Source: Acidobacteriota bacterium (lineage in GTDB: Bacteria > Acidobacteriota > UBA4820 > DSQY01). Taken from it: 64,000 nucleotides of DNA. Positions within the stretch are counted from its first letter, which is position 1. Every line of letters begins with the position of its first letter. Positions 21,536-31,298 of the stretch are shown here, one piece after another. The stretch covers positions 61,368 to 125,367 of the forward strand of contig JBBINO010000001.1 in NCBI GenBank assembly GCA_037443845.1, in the 5' to 3' direction. The position numbers were made by a program, and so were the translations under genes. Under the pieces are notes generated by a model. That model was not told where the DNA came from and ran no database searches. It saw nothing but the letters and a program-made list of their open reading frames with translations.

Positions 21536-24349
21536 TCATCCCCCTTTGGTCAGGATGTTCCTCAAATAGCGCCCGGTGAACGACACCTTCGATTCCGCCA
21601 CTTCCTCCGGCGTTCCGGCTGCGATCACGGCGCCGCCCCCGTCACCGCCCTCCGGTCCCAGGTCAACGACGGTATCCGAACACTTTATCACATCCAGGTT
21701 GTGCTCGATCACGACCACGGTGTTCCCCTGGTCCACCAGCCTCTGGAGCACCTCCAGGAGGTGGCTGATGTCCTCGAAATGAAGGCCCGTGGTCGGTTCG
21801 TCCAGGACGTAGAGCGTCTTGCCGGTCGCCCTGCGGCCGAGCTCCTTGGCCAGCTTTATCCTCTGCGCCTCGCCGCCCGAGAGCGTCGTGGCGCGCTGCC
21901 CGAGCCTCAAATAGCCGAGCCCCACGTCTTCGAGCGTCTGAAGCTTGCGCGCCACCAAAGGCACTGGCGCGAAAAACTCGCGCGCCTCGCTCACCGTCAT
22001 TTCGAGGACTTCCGCGACGCTCCTTCCCTTGTAACGAACCTCCAGCGTCTCGCGGTTGTAGCGCCTCCCCTTGCAGGTGTCGCACGTCACGTAGACGTCG
22101 GGCAGGAAGTGCATCTCTATCTGGAGGACGCCGTCGCCCTGGCACGCCTCGCAGCGCCCTCCCTTCACGTTGAATGAGAAGCGCCCCGGCCTGTAGCCGC
22201 GCGCGCGCGCCTCGGGCACCTGCGCGAAAAGATCCCTGATCGGGCCGAAGAGCCCCGTGTAGGTAGCCGGGTTGCTTCGCGGCGTCCTGCCTATCGGGGA
22301 CTGGTCTATCTCGATGACCTTGTCGAGCCGCTGCCATCCTTCGATTTTGTCGTGCTTTCCCGGGCGCTCTATTCCGTGGTAAATCTTACGCACCAGCCCC
22401 TTGTAGAGCACGTCGTGAACGAGCGTTGACTTCCCCGAGCCCGAAACCCCGGTCACCACGTTGAAGGCGCCCAAAGAAAAGCCTGCGTCAATATTTTTTA
22501 AGTTGTGCTCCTTCGCCCCTCGAACCCAGAGCATTTCGGAAGGCTTACGTCTCTCTTGGGGAACGGGGATGGACTTCTTTCCGCTGAGGTAGGCGCCGGT
22601 TATCGAGCGCGGCTCGGCACAGAGGTCGGCCACGGTTCCCCGCGCGACGACTTCGCCTCCGCCCGCTCCCGCGCCCGGCCCCAGGTCCACGACGTAGTCG
22701 GCGCTTCTGATCGTCTCTTCGTCGTGCTCGACGACCACGACCGTGTTTCCAAGGTCGCGCATCGAGGCAAGCGTGTCGAGAAGCCGCCTGTTATCGCGCT
22801 GGTGCAAGCCGATCGAGGGCTCGTCGAGAACGTAGAGCACTCCCGTGAGCTGGCTCCCGACCTGGGTCGCGAGCCTTATCCGCTGCCCCTCTCCGCCCGA
22901 GAGCGTCGTGGCTGAACGCGAAAGCGTCAAATATCCGAGCCCCACGTTCTTAAGAAAGGTGAGCCTCGCCTCGATCTCCCTGAAGACCATTCGGGCGATT
23001 TCGCGCTCCTGGGGAGCCAGATCAAAAGCCGCGACGGCCGCGAGCGCCTCGGTGACCGGAAGGCCGGTCAGCTCCGCGATGGAGAGGCCGCCCACCTTTA
23101 CGGAGAGCGCCTCCCTCTTAAGCCTCTGGCCGTTGCAGGCGGGGCAGGGAGAGTTGGACATGTAGGCTTCGATCTCCTCCCGCACCGCCTCCGAGGAGGT
23201 CTCCTTGTAGCGCCTCAGGAGGTTAGGCACTATGCCCTCGAAGGCGTGCTGGAACTGGTAGCGGTTCTGCTCCCGCTGAATATCGTATGCGAGCTTTTTC
23301 CCGTTCGTCCCGTAGAGAATGGCCTGCCGCGCCTCCGCTGGAAGCTTGTAGAAGGGTACTTTGACGGAGAACCCCATGTGCTTGGCGAGCCCTTCCAAGA
23401 GGTCTCTGTACCAGCCTTCCGCCGGCCAGGGCGCGAGTGCGCCGTCGGCTATCGAGAGCGCCGGGTTGGGAACGATCTTCGCCGGGTCGAGTTCCATCTT
23501 GGCCCCGAGGCCCGAGCACTCAGGGCAGGCGCCATGGGGGGAGTTGAACGAAAAGAGCCTCGGCTCCATCTCCGGCAGCGCGACGCCGCAACTCGGGCAG
23601 GCCAGCTTCTCCGAGAAAAGCCTGTCGCTCTCGTCCGATAGGCGGTGAACAATAAGGAGCCCCTCGCTTTTCTTGAGCGCCAGCTCGGCCGATTCCGTAA
23701 GCCTCCCCTCGACGCCAGGGCGGATTACAAGCCTGTCAACCACCAGCTCGATCGTGTGGCTCTTGTGGCGGGCCATTTCGGGGATCGCCGAGAAGTCGAA
23801 TATCTTTCCGTCTATCCTCGCCCTGACGAAGCCGTCGCGCTGCGCCTCTTCCAGTAGCTTGCGGTATTCGCCCTTCCTGCCACGAACCAGGGGCGCCAGC
23901 ACAAGGATCCGTTCGCCCTCTGGCAATAGCATCACCTGGTCCACCATCTGCTGGACGGTCTGGCTTTCGATCGCCCGGCCACACTCGGGGCAGAATGGGT
24001 GACCGACGCGGGCGTACAAGACGCGAAGGTAATCGTAAATCTCGGTCACGGTTCCGACCGTCGAACGCGGGTTGTGAGAGCTGGATTTCTGTTCTATGGA
24101 GATGGCCGGGGAGAGCCCCTCGATGGCATCCACGTCCGGCTTTTCCATCAGGTCGAGAAACTGCCGCGCGTAGGCGGAGAGCGACTCGACGTACCGCCGC
24201 TGCCCCTCGGCATAGAGCGTGTCGAAGGCTAGGCTCGACTTCCCGGAACCCGAGAGCCCAGTTATGACGACGAGCCTGTTCTTGGGGATCTCGAGGTCAA
24301 CGTCCTTGAGGTTGTGCTCCCTGGCGCCCCGTATCCGGATTTCTTCCAC
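21536..24349 (-). CDS. uvrA: Excinuclease ABC subunit A
   Basis: 937 aa with two ABC ATPase modules ([20 protein letters not shown]) and zinc-finger CxxC pairs. Confidence 0.95.
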   Translation of the reverse strand: MEEIRIRGAREHNLKDVDLEIPKNRLVVITGLSGSGKSSLAFDTLYAEGQRRYVESLSAYARQFLDLMEKPDVDAIEGLSPAISIEQKSSSHNPRSTVGTVTEIYDYLRVLYARVGHPFCPECGRAIESQTVQQMVDQVMLLPEGERILVLAPLVRGRKGEYRKLLEEAQRDGFVRARIDGKIFDFSAIPEMARHKSHTIELVVDRLVIRPGVEGRLTESAELALKKSEGLLIVHRLSDESDRLFSEKLACPSCGVALPEMEPRLFSFNSPHGACPECSGLGAKMELDPAKIVPNPALSIADGALAPWPAEGWYRDLLEGLAKHMGFSVKVPFYKLPAEARQAILYGTNGKKLAYDIQREQNRYQFQHAFEGIVPNLLRRYKETSSEAVREEIEAYMSNSPCPACNGQRLKREALSVKVGGLSIAELTGLPVTEALAAVAAFDLAPQEREIARMVFREIEARLTFLKNVGLGYLTLSRSATTLSGGEGQRIRLATQVGSQLTGVLYVLDEPSIGLHQRDNRRLLDTLASMRDLGNTVVVVEHDEETIRSADYVVDLGPGAGAGGGEVVARGTVADLCAEPRSITGAYLSGKKSIPVPQERRKPSEMLWVRGAKEHNLKNIDAGFSLGAFNVVTGVSGSGKSTLVHDVLYKGLVRKIYHGIERPGKHDKIEGWQRLDKVIEIDQSPIGRTPRSNPATYTGLFGPIRDLFAQVPEARARGYRPGRFSFNVKGGRCEACQGDGVLQIEMHFLPDVYVTCDTCKGRRYNRETLEVRYKGRSVAEVLEMTVSEAREFFAPVPLVARKLQTLEDVGLGYLRLGQRATTLSGGEAQRIKLAKELGRRATGKTLYVLDEPTTGLHFEDISHLLEVLQRLVDQGNTVVVIEHNLDVIKCSDTVVDLGPEGGDGGGAVIAAGTPEEVAESKVSFTGRYLRNILTKGG

Positions 24350-24483
24350 GCCGCCTCCGAAACTTCCATTTTATCAGAGATCAGGCGGGCTGAAAAGGAA
24401 GGGCGGAGACTAGCCGCGGGCCGGGCGCGAGCGGCCCGGCCCTTTGCGGATCGAAATTGGAATGGCTTTGCTCCAACCGCCTG

Positions 24484-25317
24484 TCAAAGCTTCTCCACGC
24501 TGACGGAGCCGTTGACGGTCTCGATCTTGATGGTCGCGCCGCCGCCGTTCACGTCCCCGTCCTTGCTGTGGCGCGACCCTTCCAGGCCGCCGAAACTGGA
24601 GGCGATGCTTCCGTTGACGTTCTCGATCTCGAGGTGGAGCGCGGCCTTCGGCGAGAAGGCCAGCGTCACCGAACCGTTTACCGTCTCCGCCGAGCCTGCG
24701 GAAGGCTTCTCCGAGCGCACGGCGCCTTGAATCGAGCCATTCGTCGTCTCTGCCGAGCGGATGTTGTCAGCGTCGAAGACGACCTTCCCGTTGACGCTGG
24801 AAGCGGACAAGAGGGAGGCGCCCTTGACGGCGACCTCGCCGTTGACCGTTTCCGCGGTCACGTCGCAGCCGCTCGCCTCGGCTTCGATGGCGCCGTTGAC
24901 CGACTGGAGGTTCATCCTGGCGCCTTTGGGCGCGAGGATGGCGAACGAGACGCTCCGTACAGGGTGCCCGCCCAGCCAGCCGAAGGACCAGAAGGATTCC
25001 TTCGGGCTCTGTGTCGTCACTTTGACCATCTTGGCGCTGGCGTCGAAAATCACTTTCAGCTTGGAAAGTTCCTCTTTCGCTTGGGAGTCGCTGGCCGCCT
25101 TGACCGTTTTTACGGCCGTCACTTGGACCTCGTCCTTGTCCCAAACGCTCACCGTGATGTTGCCGTTGACGTTTTCGACCGAAAAGGCGCCGCCTTTCGA
25201 TAGCGGAAAGTTTTTTTGAATGGTTTCGCTCGCCTCCGCCGCTTGTGCCGGCGCCGGCGCCCCCGCGAGCGCGACCACCGCTGCCGCAACCGCCGTGGCC
25301 ATCAGAAGCCGTCTCAT
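24484..25317 (-). CDS. Secreted DUF4097-like beta-repeat protein (putative adhesin fold)
   Basis: Signal peptide MRRLLMATAVAAAVVALAGAPAPAQA and about ten VNG(x)I/V repeats (VENVNGNITV, LQSVNGAIEA, ETVNGEVAV, ...). An RBS precedes the ATG at 25317. Confidence 0.65.
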   Translation of the reverse strand: MRRLLMATAVAAAVVALAGAPAPAQAAEASETIQKNFPLSKGGAFSVENVNGNITVSVWDKDEVQVTAVKTVKAASDSQAKEELSKLKVIFDASAKMVKVTTQSPKESFWSFGWLGGHPVRSVSFAILAPKGARMNLQSVNGAIEAEASGCDVTAETVNGEVAVKGASLLSASSVNGKVVFDADNIRSAETTNGSIQGAVRSEKPSAGSAETVNGSVTLAFSPKAALHLEIENVNGSIASSFGGLEGSRHSKDGDVNGGGATIKIETVNGSVSVEKL

Positions 25318-25430
25318 CTCAAGCCTCCTCTCTCCCTGCCACACTTATTACGCGATTTCGCCCCGATTGGTTTCGCCCATCACTCGACAACACGGGCGCC
25401 GTTCTTGTAGACTCGGTTCTGGAGGAAGAC

Positions 25431-26777
25431 ATGCCGAGGCTCTTGGTCATAGGAGGCATGGCCGCCGGAATGAGCGCGGCCAGCAAATTGAGGCGGGCGA
25501 GGCCCGAGTGGGAAGCCACGGTCATCGAAGCCGGGCCCGACCTCTCCTACGGCGCGTGCGGGCTGCCATACTACCTGGGCGGCGAGGTCGCGGAGGCCTC
25601 GGACCTTTACGCCCTCTCTCCAGAAGAGATCGCCGGCCGGGGCATAGAGGTCAAGCTTCGCCATCGCGCGCTCTCTCTTGCGGAGGGCCGCAAGCAGGTG
25701 GAGGTCGAGGAAATGGCCTCCGGCCGCACCGGGAGCGAAGCGTACGACGCGCTCCTCATCGCCACCGGCGCCAGGGCCAGCCTGCCCGCCCTGCGGGGAC
25801 TTCAAGGCGGGAACCTTTTCGCCCTTCACGATTTCACGGACGGGCGAAGACTGAAATCGTTCCTCGATGAACGACTCCCGCGCTCGGCCGTCGTCTGGGG
25901 GAGCGGCTACATAGGCCTTGAGATGGCCGAAAACCTTGCCCGAAGGGGCCTTGCCGTGACGCTGATCAACCGCTCCACGAGGATCATGCGGTCGCTCTGC
26001 CCGGCCTTGGCGTCGAGGCTCGTAGGCGAGCTCGAAGGGCGCGGCGTCCGCCTCCTTCTGGAGACGGCCGTCACGGAGGCCGTCCACGATGGGGAAATGA
26101 TCAAGAGCTTCGAGACTGACCGGGGATCGCTCAAGGCGGACGTCTTCCTCGTGGCCACCGGCGTCAAACCAAACACCGGTTTTCTGAAAGGCTCCCCGCT
26201 GCCGCTGGCGGAAAACGGCGCGCTGAAGGTGGACGAGTTCTGCTCCACCGGAGTCCACGGCATCTGGGCCGCGGGCGACTGCTGCGAGACGGCGCACGTG
26301 GTAACTGGCAAGCCCGTCTACCTCCCCTTGGGCACGACTGCGAACAAGATGGGCCGCGTCGCCGGGGCCAACATCGCCGGAGGGCGCGAGCGTTTCCCGG
26401 GCGTCGCAGGGACGGCCATCACGCGCGTTTTCGGCCTGGAGGCGGGCGTCACGGGCTTGAGCCTCGAGGAGGCCAAAGCCGCGGGGTTTTCCCCGGTCTC
26501 GGTGGAGATAGAGGCCTCCAGCCGGGCCGGCTACTTTCCGGGAGGGGGAACCGTCTCGGTCCACCTCGTGGCCGGGCGAAACGGGAGGCTCCTGGGTGGA
26601 CAGGCCGTCGCCCCGGAGGCGACTAAGGGGCGCATTGACACGCTTGCGGCGGCGGTCACGGCGGGCATGAGCCTTGAAGAATTCTCATACCTCGACCTTT
26701 CTTACGCCCCTCCCTTCGCGCCCGTCTGGGACCCGCTCCTGGTAGCGGCGCAGGCCTTGAAATCAAAGCTGCGCTAA
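25431..26777 (+). CDS. CoA-disulfide reductase / NADH oxidase family flavoprotein
   Basis: MPRLLVIGGMAAGMSAASKL is a Rossmann FAD-binding N-terminus. The redox-active Cys is in the LSYGACGLPYY context, and a second NAD(P) Rossmann (VVWGSGYIGLEMAE) follows. GGAGGA lies 5 nt before the ATG. The upstream extension from 25245 is spurious. Confidence 0.8.
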   Translation: MPRLLVIGGMAAGMSAASKLRRARPEWEATVIEAGPDLSYGACGLPYYLGGEVAEASDLYALSPEEIAGRGIEVKLRHRALSLAEGRKQVEVEEMASGRTGSEAYDALLIATGARASLPALRGLQGGNLFALHDFTDGRRLKSFLDERLPRSAVVWGSGYIGLEMAENLARRGLAVTLINRSTRIMRSLCPALASRLVGELEGRGVRLLLETAVTEAVHDGEMIKSFETDRGSLKADVFLVATGVKPNTGFLKGSPLPLAENGALKVDEFCSTGVHGIWAAGDCCETAHVVTGKPVYLPLGTTANKMGRVAGANIAGGRERFPGVAGTAITRVFGLEAGVTGLSLEEAKAAGFSPVSVEIEASSRAGYFPGGGTVSVHLVAGRNGRLLGGQAVAPEATKGRIDTLAAAVTAGMSLEEFSYLDLSYAPPFAPVWDPLLVAAQALKSKLR

Positions 26778-26850
26778 CGCTAGATGTCGTGGATATGTGG
26801 CTCTAGAATTCCGCGGCAAGTAATGTCCGGCGTTATTTCAGGAGGTGTTT

Positions 26851-28242
26851 ATGCTGACGAAAAGATCTAAATGTCGATGGGCACCAACTGCAATATTATT
26901 CCTTGCCACCATACTCCAGCCTGGGACCGTGATTGCTCGCACCGAGGGCTCAATCAAGGCCACTTGCCCTTTGGACGGCACCGATTTTCAGGCCTTGGTC
27001 GATTTCTCGGGTACACAGGCCGGACTGCGCTTGGACCTGAAGCCTCTCGGGGCAATTGCAGCGCCGCCGCGTCTTCCCGTATGTCCAAAGTGCGGTTTTG
27101 TTTTTATCAAGAGCGATCTCACCGAGGCCGAGAAGGCCGCGTTGCGTCCCTTTATTGCTTCTCCACAATATCAATTATGGCGCAAAACATATCCAAGCTA
27201 TTTCTTGGGCGGGAAGATCCTCGATAGACTTGCGGCTCCCGAAACTGCAATCGCTTATGCTTTCCTTCAGGCCTCATGGCAAGCAGAGTTTGATCCCGAA
27301 AAGCACAAGGCCTGCCTCTCCGAGAGCTTGGCGCATTTTCAAAGATATCTTCAGGGGTGCGCTACCCGGGACGAGGCCTGGATTAGTGTCGAACTGATAT
27401 GTGGCGAAATCTTCCGCCAAATGGGCGACTTTAGCCAAGCCCAAGCTTGGTTCGACCGGATCAAGACTAACCCCGAATTTCAGGTCAATCCACAACGAAC
27501 GATACTGAAGACAGAGCTTTCACTCATCGCACAGAAGGACGCATCTCCAGAAGAGATCCCCGAAATGGAGGTCACGGACGATGACATAGCCAAAGATCCA
27601 GTTTACAAAATCATGAAAAGCATGAAGGGCTTTGAGGCTATGCTGCAGCGATTCGAATTGATCCGTTGGAGCGATAACTCTCCTCAGGGATTCCAGGTCC
27701 AAGTGCATCCCAAGGGCAATTCCATTTTGTCAAACGTGTGGTGGTTCTCCCCGCTAACCAAAGATGCCTTGGGCATTTATGACTGGAACCGGTTTATGGA
27801 CGCATACAATCAGGCAAATAAAGTCGTATCCAGACATGCATGGCTGAAAGATTGGATGTCCGCTAGGGACCAAGGGGCGCCCCCTCGCGAGGTACTGCTT
27901 TTTATGACTGGCATTGTCCCTAGGATGATTAGCTACCCCGGGCAAGAGGATGACTATGGTGTTGACGGGCCCACTCTTTTAAAAGAGTGGAGTAGCGCCG
28001 GGTTAGCTGGTAAGCCTCGGTACGAAATCGGATTGTACGAAGGACCGATTGTGGCCGAGTTATATTTGGCTGATGAAGATTCCCGGGGCCTCATTTTCTT
28101 ACACTATCCGCATGAACCCGATCTTTCCTTTGGCCCTGGTTCATATTGGCTAGATGGCCTCGACCTCAGTGCACCTTCTTATGTCGTGGTTGATTCAAAT
28201 GGGAAGTGGGAGAAGAAAACGTTAGCGTATGGAAGTTACTAA
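26851..28242 (+). CDS. Signal-peptide protein with an N-terminal DUF2225-like zinc-ribbon region and an unknown C-terminal domain, in a low-GC island
   Basis: AGGAGG lies 5 nt before ATG 26851 and a signal-peptide-like WAPTAILFLATILQPGTVIA follows. CPLDGTDF ... VCPKCGFVF resembles the paired zinc-ribbon of DUF2225 (recalled from memory). The gene is about 50% GC against about 65% in the flanks. Confidence 0.55.
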   Translation: MLTKRSKCRWAPTAILFLATILQPGTVIARTEGSIKATCPLDGTDFQALVDFSGTQAGLRLDLKPLGAIAAPPRLPVCPKCGFVFIKSDLTEAEKAALRPFIASPQYQLWRKTYPSYFLGGKILDRLAAPETAIAYAFLQASWQAEFDPEKHKACLSESLAHFQRYLQGCATRDEAWISVELICGEIFRQMGDFSQAQAWFDRIKTNPEFQVNPQRTILKTELSLIAQKDASPEEIPEMEVTDDDIAKDPVYKIMKSMKGFEAMLQRFELIRWSDNSPQGFQVQVHPKGNSILSNVWWFSPLTKDALGIYDWNRFMDAYNQANKVVSRHAWLKDWMSARDQGAPPREVLLFMTGIVPRMISYPGQEDDYGVDGPTLLKEWSSAGLAGKPRYEIGLYEGPIVAELYLADEDSRGLIFLHYPHEPDLSFGPGSYWLDGLDLSAPSYVVVDSNGKWEKKTLAYGSY

Positions 28243-28338
28243 GGGCCGACACCGGAGTCAAGTAGATTTGCGCTGCATGTCTTCGTGCATGTCTTCGCAT
28301 CATGTTCTTTGCGATTTTTTGTAGGATGATCTGCTAAC

Positions 28339-29223
28339 TTATCTCATCCACAGGTCGGCAAACCCTAGAAGCATCAGGCCCACGGAGATGTAGCCGTTCA
28401 GGGCGAAGAAGGCGGCGTTGATCCTCGCTAGGTGGCCAGGTCCAATGAGCGCGTGCTCCGCGGCCAGAAGCAGCGCCGCGATCCCGACGCCAAGCCAGAA
28501 GAGCCATCCGGCGCCGAAGCTCCATGCCGCCCCGGCGTAGCAGGCCACGGTCAAGAAGTGCAAAAAGCCGGCGGCCCAGAGCGTCGGCTTTATCCCAAAT
28601 CTCACCGGAAAAGAATAGAGCCGGTGGCCGCGGTCGAAATCAACATCCTGCAATGCGTAAAGCAGATCGAACCCCGCAACCCAGAAGGTGACGGCGGCGC
28701 AGAGCCACCAAGCCGGCGGCGCGAACGAGCCCGTCACGGCTATCCAGGCCCCAAGGGGCGCGATCCCGTCCGTATAGCCCAGCACAAGGTGGCAGAGCCA
28801 TGTAAAGCGCTTCGTCAGGGAGTATCCGAGCAGGAAGACCAAAGCCGCGGGGGAGAGCTTCAGGCACAGCGGATTCAACAGCCCGGCGGCCAAGATGAGA
28901 AGGGCGGCCGAGACAGCCAGAAATCCCCACGCGAAACCCAGGCTCACTTCGCCAGTGGAGAGCGGCCAGCGTATGGTGCGCGGGTTTTCCCTGTCGAAAC
29001 GGAGGTCCGCTATCCGGTTGAAGGTCATTGCGGCCGAACGGGCTCCCGCCATGGCCAGAAGCACCAGCAGAAAAACCCGCCAGCCGGGCCAGCCTCCGGC
29101 CGCCCAAGCCATGGAAAGGAGCGCGAAGGGCAGGGCGAAGATGGTGTGGGGGAACTTGATCATCTCCAGCACCGACTTCAAGCTGGAGAGCGGGCCGCCC
29201 GCCGGGCCTTGCCCCTGCTTCAT
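28339..29223 (-). CDS. ubiA: UbiA-family aromatic prenyltransferase (4-hydroxybenzoate polyprenyltransferase or MqnP-like)
   Basis: 294 aa with about 8 TM helices and UbiA motifs NRIADLRFD and DVDFDRGH. Confidence 0.8.
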   Translation of the reverse strand: MKQGQGPAGGPLSSLKSVLEMIKFPHTIFALPFALLSMAWAAGGWPGWRVFLLVLLAMAGARSAAMTFNRIADLRFDRENPRTIRWPLSTGEVSLGFAWGFLAVSAALLILAAGLLNPLCLKLSPAALVFLLGYSLTKRFTWLCHLVLGYTDGIAPLGAWIAVTGSFAPPAWWLCAAVTFWVAGFDLLYALQDVDFDRGHRLYSFPVRFGIKPTLWAAGFLHFLTVACYAGAAWSFGAGWLFWLGVGIAALLLAAEHALIGPGHLARINAAFFALNGYISVGLMLLGFADLWMR

Positions 29224-29813
29224 TCCCAGCGCCGGCCGAAATCGCTCTTGATGCCGAGGTGGTCAAAGAGGCGCATTATGAAGTGATCCTCCGCGTCGCC
29301 GAGCGTTTTGGGATGGTGGTAGTAAGAGGGGATGAACGGGATGATGAGCGCCCCGGCTTCCCTGAGCGTGACGAGGTTGCGAAGAAGCACAAGCGACATG
29401 GGCGTCTCGCGAACGACCACCAGCAGCGGGCGTCCTTCCTTGAGCGCGACCTCGGCGCAGCGGTGGCCCAGCTTCTGGCCGGCGCCGGACGCCATGGCGC
29501 CCACGGTGCTCGCGCTCGCGGGGATCACGACCGTTCCAGAAGCGGGATAGGAGCCCGACGCCACGGGGGCGTCCATCTCTTTCTCGGCGTAGACCGAGAG
29601 CTTGGAGCGGTTGGGGAGTTTCTTCAAAAAGCCTTCCAGGCTGAGGCGTTCCTCTTTTTCTAGGACGAGCCGGAACGACTCCGAAGCGGTAAAGTGGACC
29701 TTCCCGATTTCACCGCTCGAGAGGAGGCGGGCGATGAACCGCCCGGCGAGCCTTGCGCAAGAGGCGCCGGAAGAAAAGACCGCCACCTCTTTCATGCCGC
29801 CCCTAGTTGACAT
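29220..29813 (-). CDS. ubiX: UbiX/Pad1-family flavin prenyltransferase (MqnL-like)
   Basis: 197 aa with a flavoprotein fold. KEVAVFSSGASCA and LLVVVRETPMSLVLLRNLVTLREAGALIIP are UbiX-like. It overlaps the ubiA start. Confidence 0.8.
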   Translation of the reverse strand: MSTRGGMKEVAVFSSGASCARLAGRFIARLLSSGEIGKVHFTASESFRLVLEKEERLSLEGFLKKLPNRSKLSVYAEKEMDAPVASGSYPASGTVVIPASASTVGAMASGAGQKLGHRCAEVALKEGRPLLVVVRETPMSLVLLRNLVTLREAGALIIPFIPSYYHHPKTLGDAEDHFIMRLFDHLGIKSDFGRRWE

Positions 29814-30129
29814 CTCTCTTGGCCTGCTGGATCAGGTAGCTCCTCAAGACGTCCACCGCGTCGAACGGCGCTCCGATAAAAATGAAGGCGGCCTCGTAGG
29901 GCGGGTCGTAGGAGGAGCGCAGGCAGATCGCTTCGGCCGAGAACCTCCCCTCTGGCAGATCGAGGTTGATCACAACCCGCTTCGGCGCCGGGAGCGGCGC
30001 GTCCAACAGGCCAAGAAGCCCGCCGGCGCTTATGTTTTTGACCACCAACGGCTGCTGGTCAACACCCGTCGCGCTGAAAAAGCCCTGTAGCGCCACGTTG
30101 TAGCGGTACGATATCCGGCGCTCTTCCAT
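29803..30129 (-). CDS. PilZ-domain c-di-GMP binding protein
   Basis: 108 aa with the RxxxR motif (RRISYR) and N/DxSxGG motif (NISAGG). Confidence 0.75.
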   Translation of the reverse strand: MEERRISYRYNVALQGFFSATGVDQQPLVVKNISAGGLLGLLDAPLPAPKRVVINLDLPEGRFSAEAICLRSSYDPPYEAAFIFIGAPFDAVDVLRSYLIQQAKRDVN

Positions 30130-30202
30130 CGGCCAGGGCTCCTTCCCTCAACCAAATATGGTTTCAAAACCGGTCGTTGTCAACTGCCGTCATGGTTTTC
30201 AG

Positions 30203-31165
30203 TCAATCAATGCCGCACGCCTCGCGGGCCTTGGCAAGCGTCTTCGCCGCGACGCCCCGCGCCCGCGCCGAGCCTGCCTTCAAGATTTCTTCCACGTCGC
30301 CCGGCCGCCCGGCCAGGTGCCGCCTGCGCTCTCGCGCCTCAGCGAAGGTTTCGTCCAAAAGCGCGATCAGCCGCTTCTTGGCCTCGGAGTATTTGACCCC
30401 GCCTTTCAAGAACCGCTCCCGCCACTCCGCCGTCTCCTCCGGCTTCGCGAAGAGCCTCAGGATGTTGAAGACGTTGTTGGCGTCCGGGTCTTTCGGAGCC
30501 TCGACGGGGGCGGAGTCGGTGACGATCGCCATGACGCGCTCCTTGAGCGCCTTGCCTTCGAGGAATATCCCTATGTCGTTGCCGTAGGACTTGCTCATCT
30601 TCTGCCCGTCTAGCCCCGGCACGACGCCGGCTTCTGGCAGTATCCTCTCCTCCGGGATCACGAAGGTCTCGCCGTAAAGGTTGTTGAACTTCAGGGCGAT
30701 GTCCCTCGTCACCTCGACGTGCTGCTTCTGGTCCTTGCCCACGGGGACGACGTTCGCGCCAACGATCAAAATGTCGGCGGCCATCAGCACCGGGTAGGCG
30801 AACAGGCCGTGGTCGGGAGGAATGCCCTTCGCGAGCTTGTCCTTGTAAGAGTGGCACCGCTCCAAAAGGCCCATGGGCGTCACGGTGGTCAAGAGCCACG
30901 CAAGCTCCGTCACCTCGGGAACGTCCGACTGGCGGTAAAAAATCGCCTTGGATGGATCGAGCCCAAGGGCGAGGTAATCGAGCGCCACGTCCCGCACGTG
31001 CTCCCTCAAAAGGACGGGGTCCTTTACGGTGGTCAGGGCGTGGAAGTCGGCGATGAAGTAGAACGCCTCGCCCTTGTCCTGAAGATCAATGTGCTGCTTG
31101 ATGGCCCCCATGTAGTTGCCCAGGTGCAACTTCCCCGAGGGCTGTATGCCGGACAGTATTCGCAT
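30203..31165 (-). CDS. trpS: Tryptophan--tRNA ligase
   Basis: MRILSGIQPSGKLHLGNY (HIGH-like) and KMSKS motifs. The start was set at ATG 31165 because the longer ORF extension is unlikely. Confidence 0.9.
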   Translation of the reverse strand: MRILSGIQPSGKLHLGNYMGAIKQHIDLQDKGEAFYFIADFHALTTVKDPVLLREHVRDVALDYLALGLDPSKAIFYRQSDVPEVTELAWLLTTVTPMGLLERCHSYKDKLAKGIPPDHGLFAYPVLMAADILIVGANVVPVGKDQKQHVEVTRDIALKFNNLYGETFVIPEERILPEAGVVPGLDGQKMSKSYGNDIGIFLEGKALKERVMAIVTDSAPVEAPKDPDANNVFNILRLFAKPEETAEWRERFLKGGVKYSEAKKRLIALLDETFAEARERRRHLAGRPGDVEEILKAGSARARGVAAKTLAKAREACGID

Positions 31166-31298
31166 GGCCTCTCCCCGCAGGAAAGAGAGCGTAGCAGCAA
31201 AGGGGCGCGGGCGCAACCCTGCTTGAAAGAGCCCCGGCGTTTTGATAAGGTAGCGGCGGGGGCTCTTTCCCCGGCCGGACGATGACAGGAGAAAAGGG

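Noticed and set aside
25245-25430. N-terminal 62-aa extension of the CoADR-family ORF
   Set aside because: It overlaps the DUF4097 gene start on the opposite strand. The ATG at 25431 has a GGAGGA RBS, and the Rossmann fold starts right at that Met.
26799-26814. Sequence TCTAGAATTCCGCGG (XbaI-EcoRI-SacII sites back-to-back), resembling a cloning polylinker, immediately upstream of the low-GC gene
   Set aside because: It does not match any common vector MCS I can recall. The surrounding sequence is ordinary genomic sequence with an RBS and ORF, so it is most likely coincidence. It would be worth a vector-contamination screen (VecScreen) if anyone doubts the assembly.
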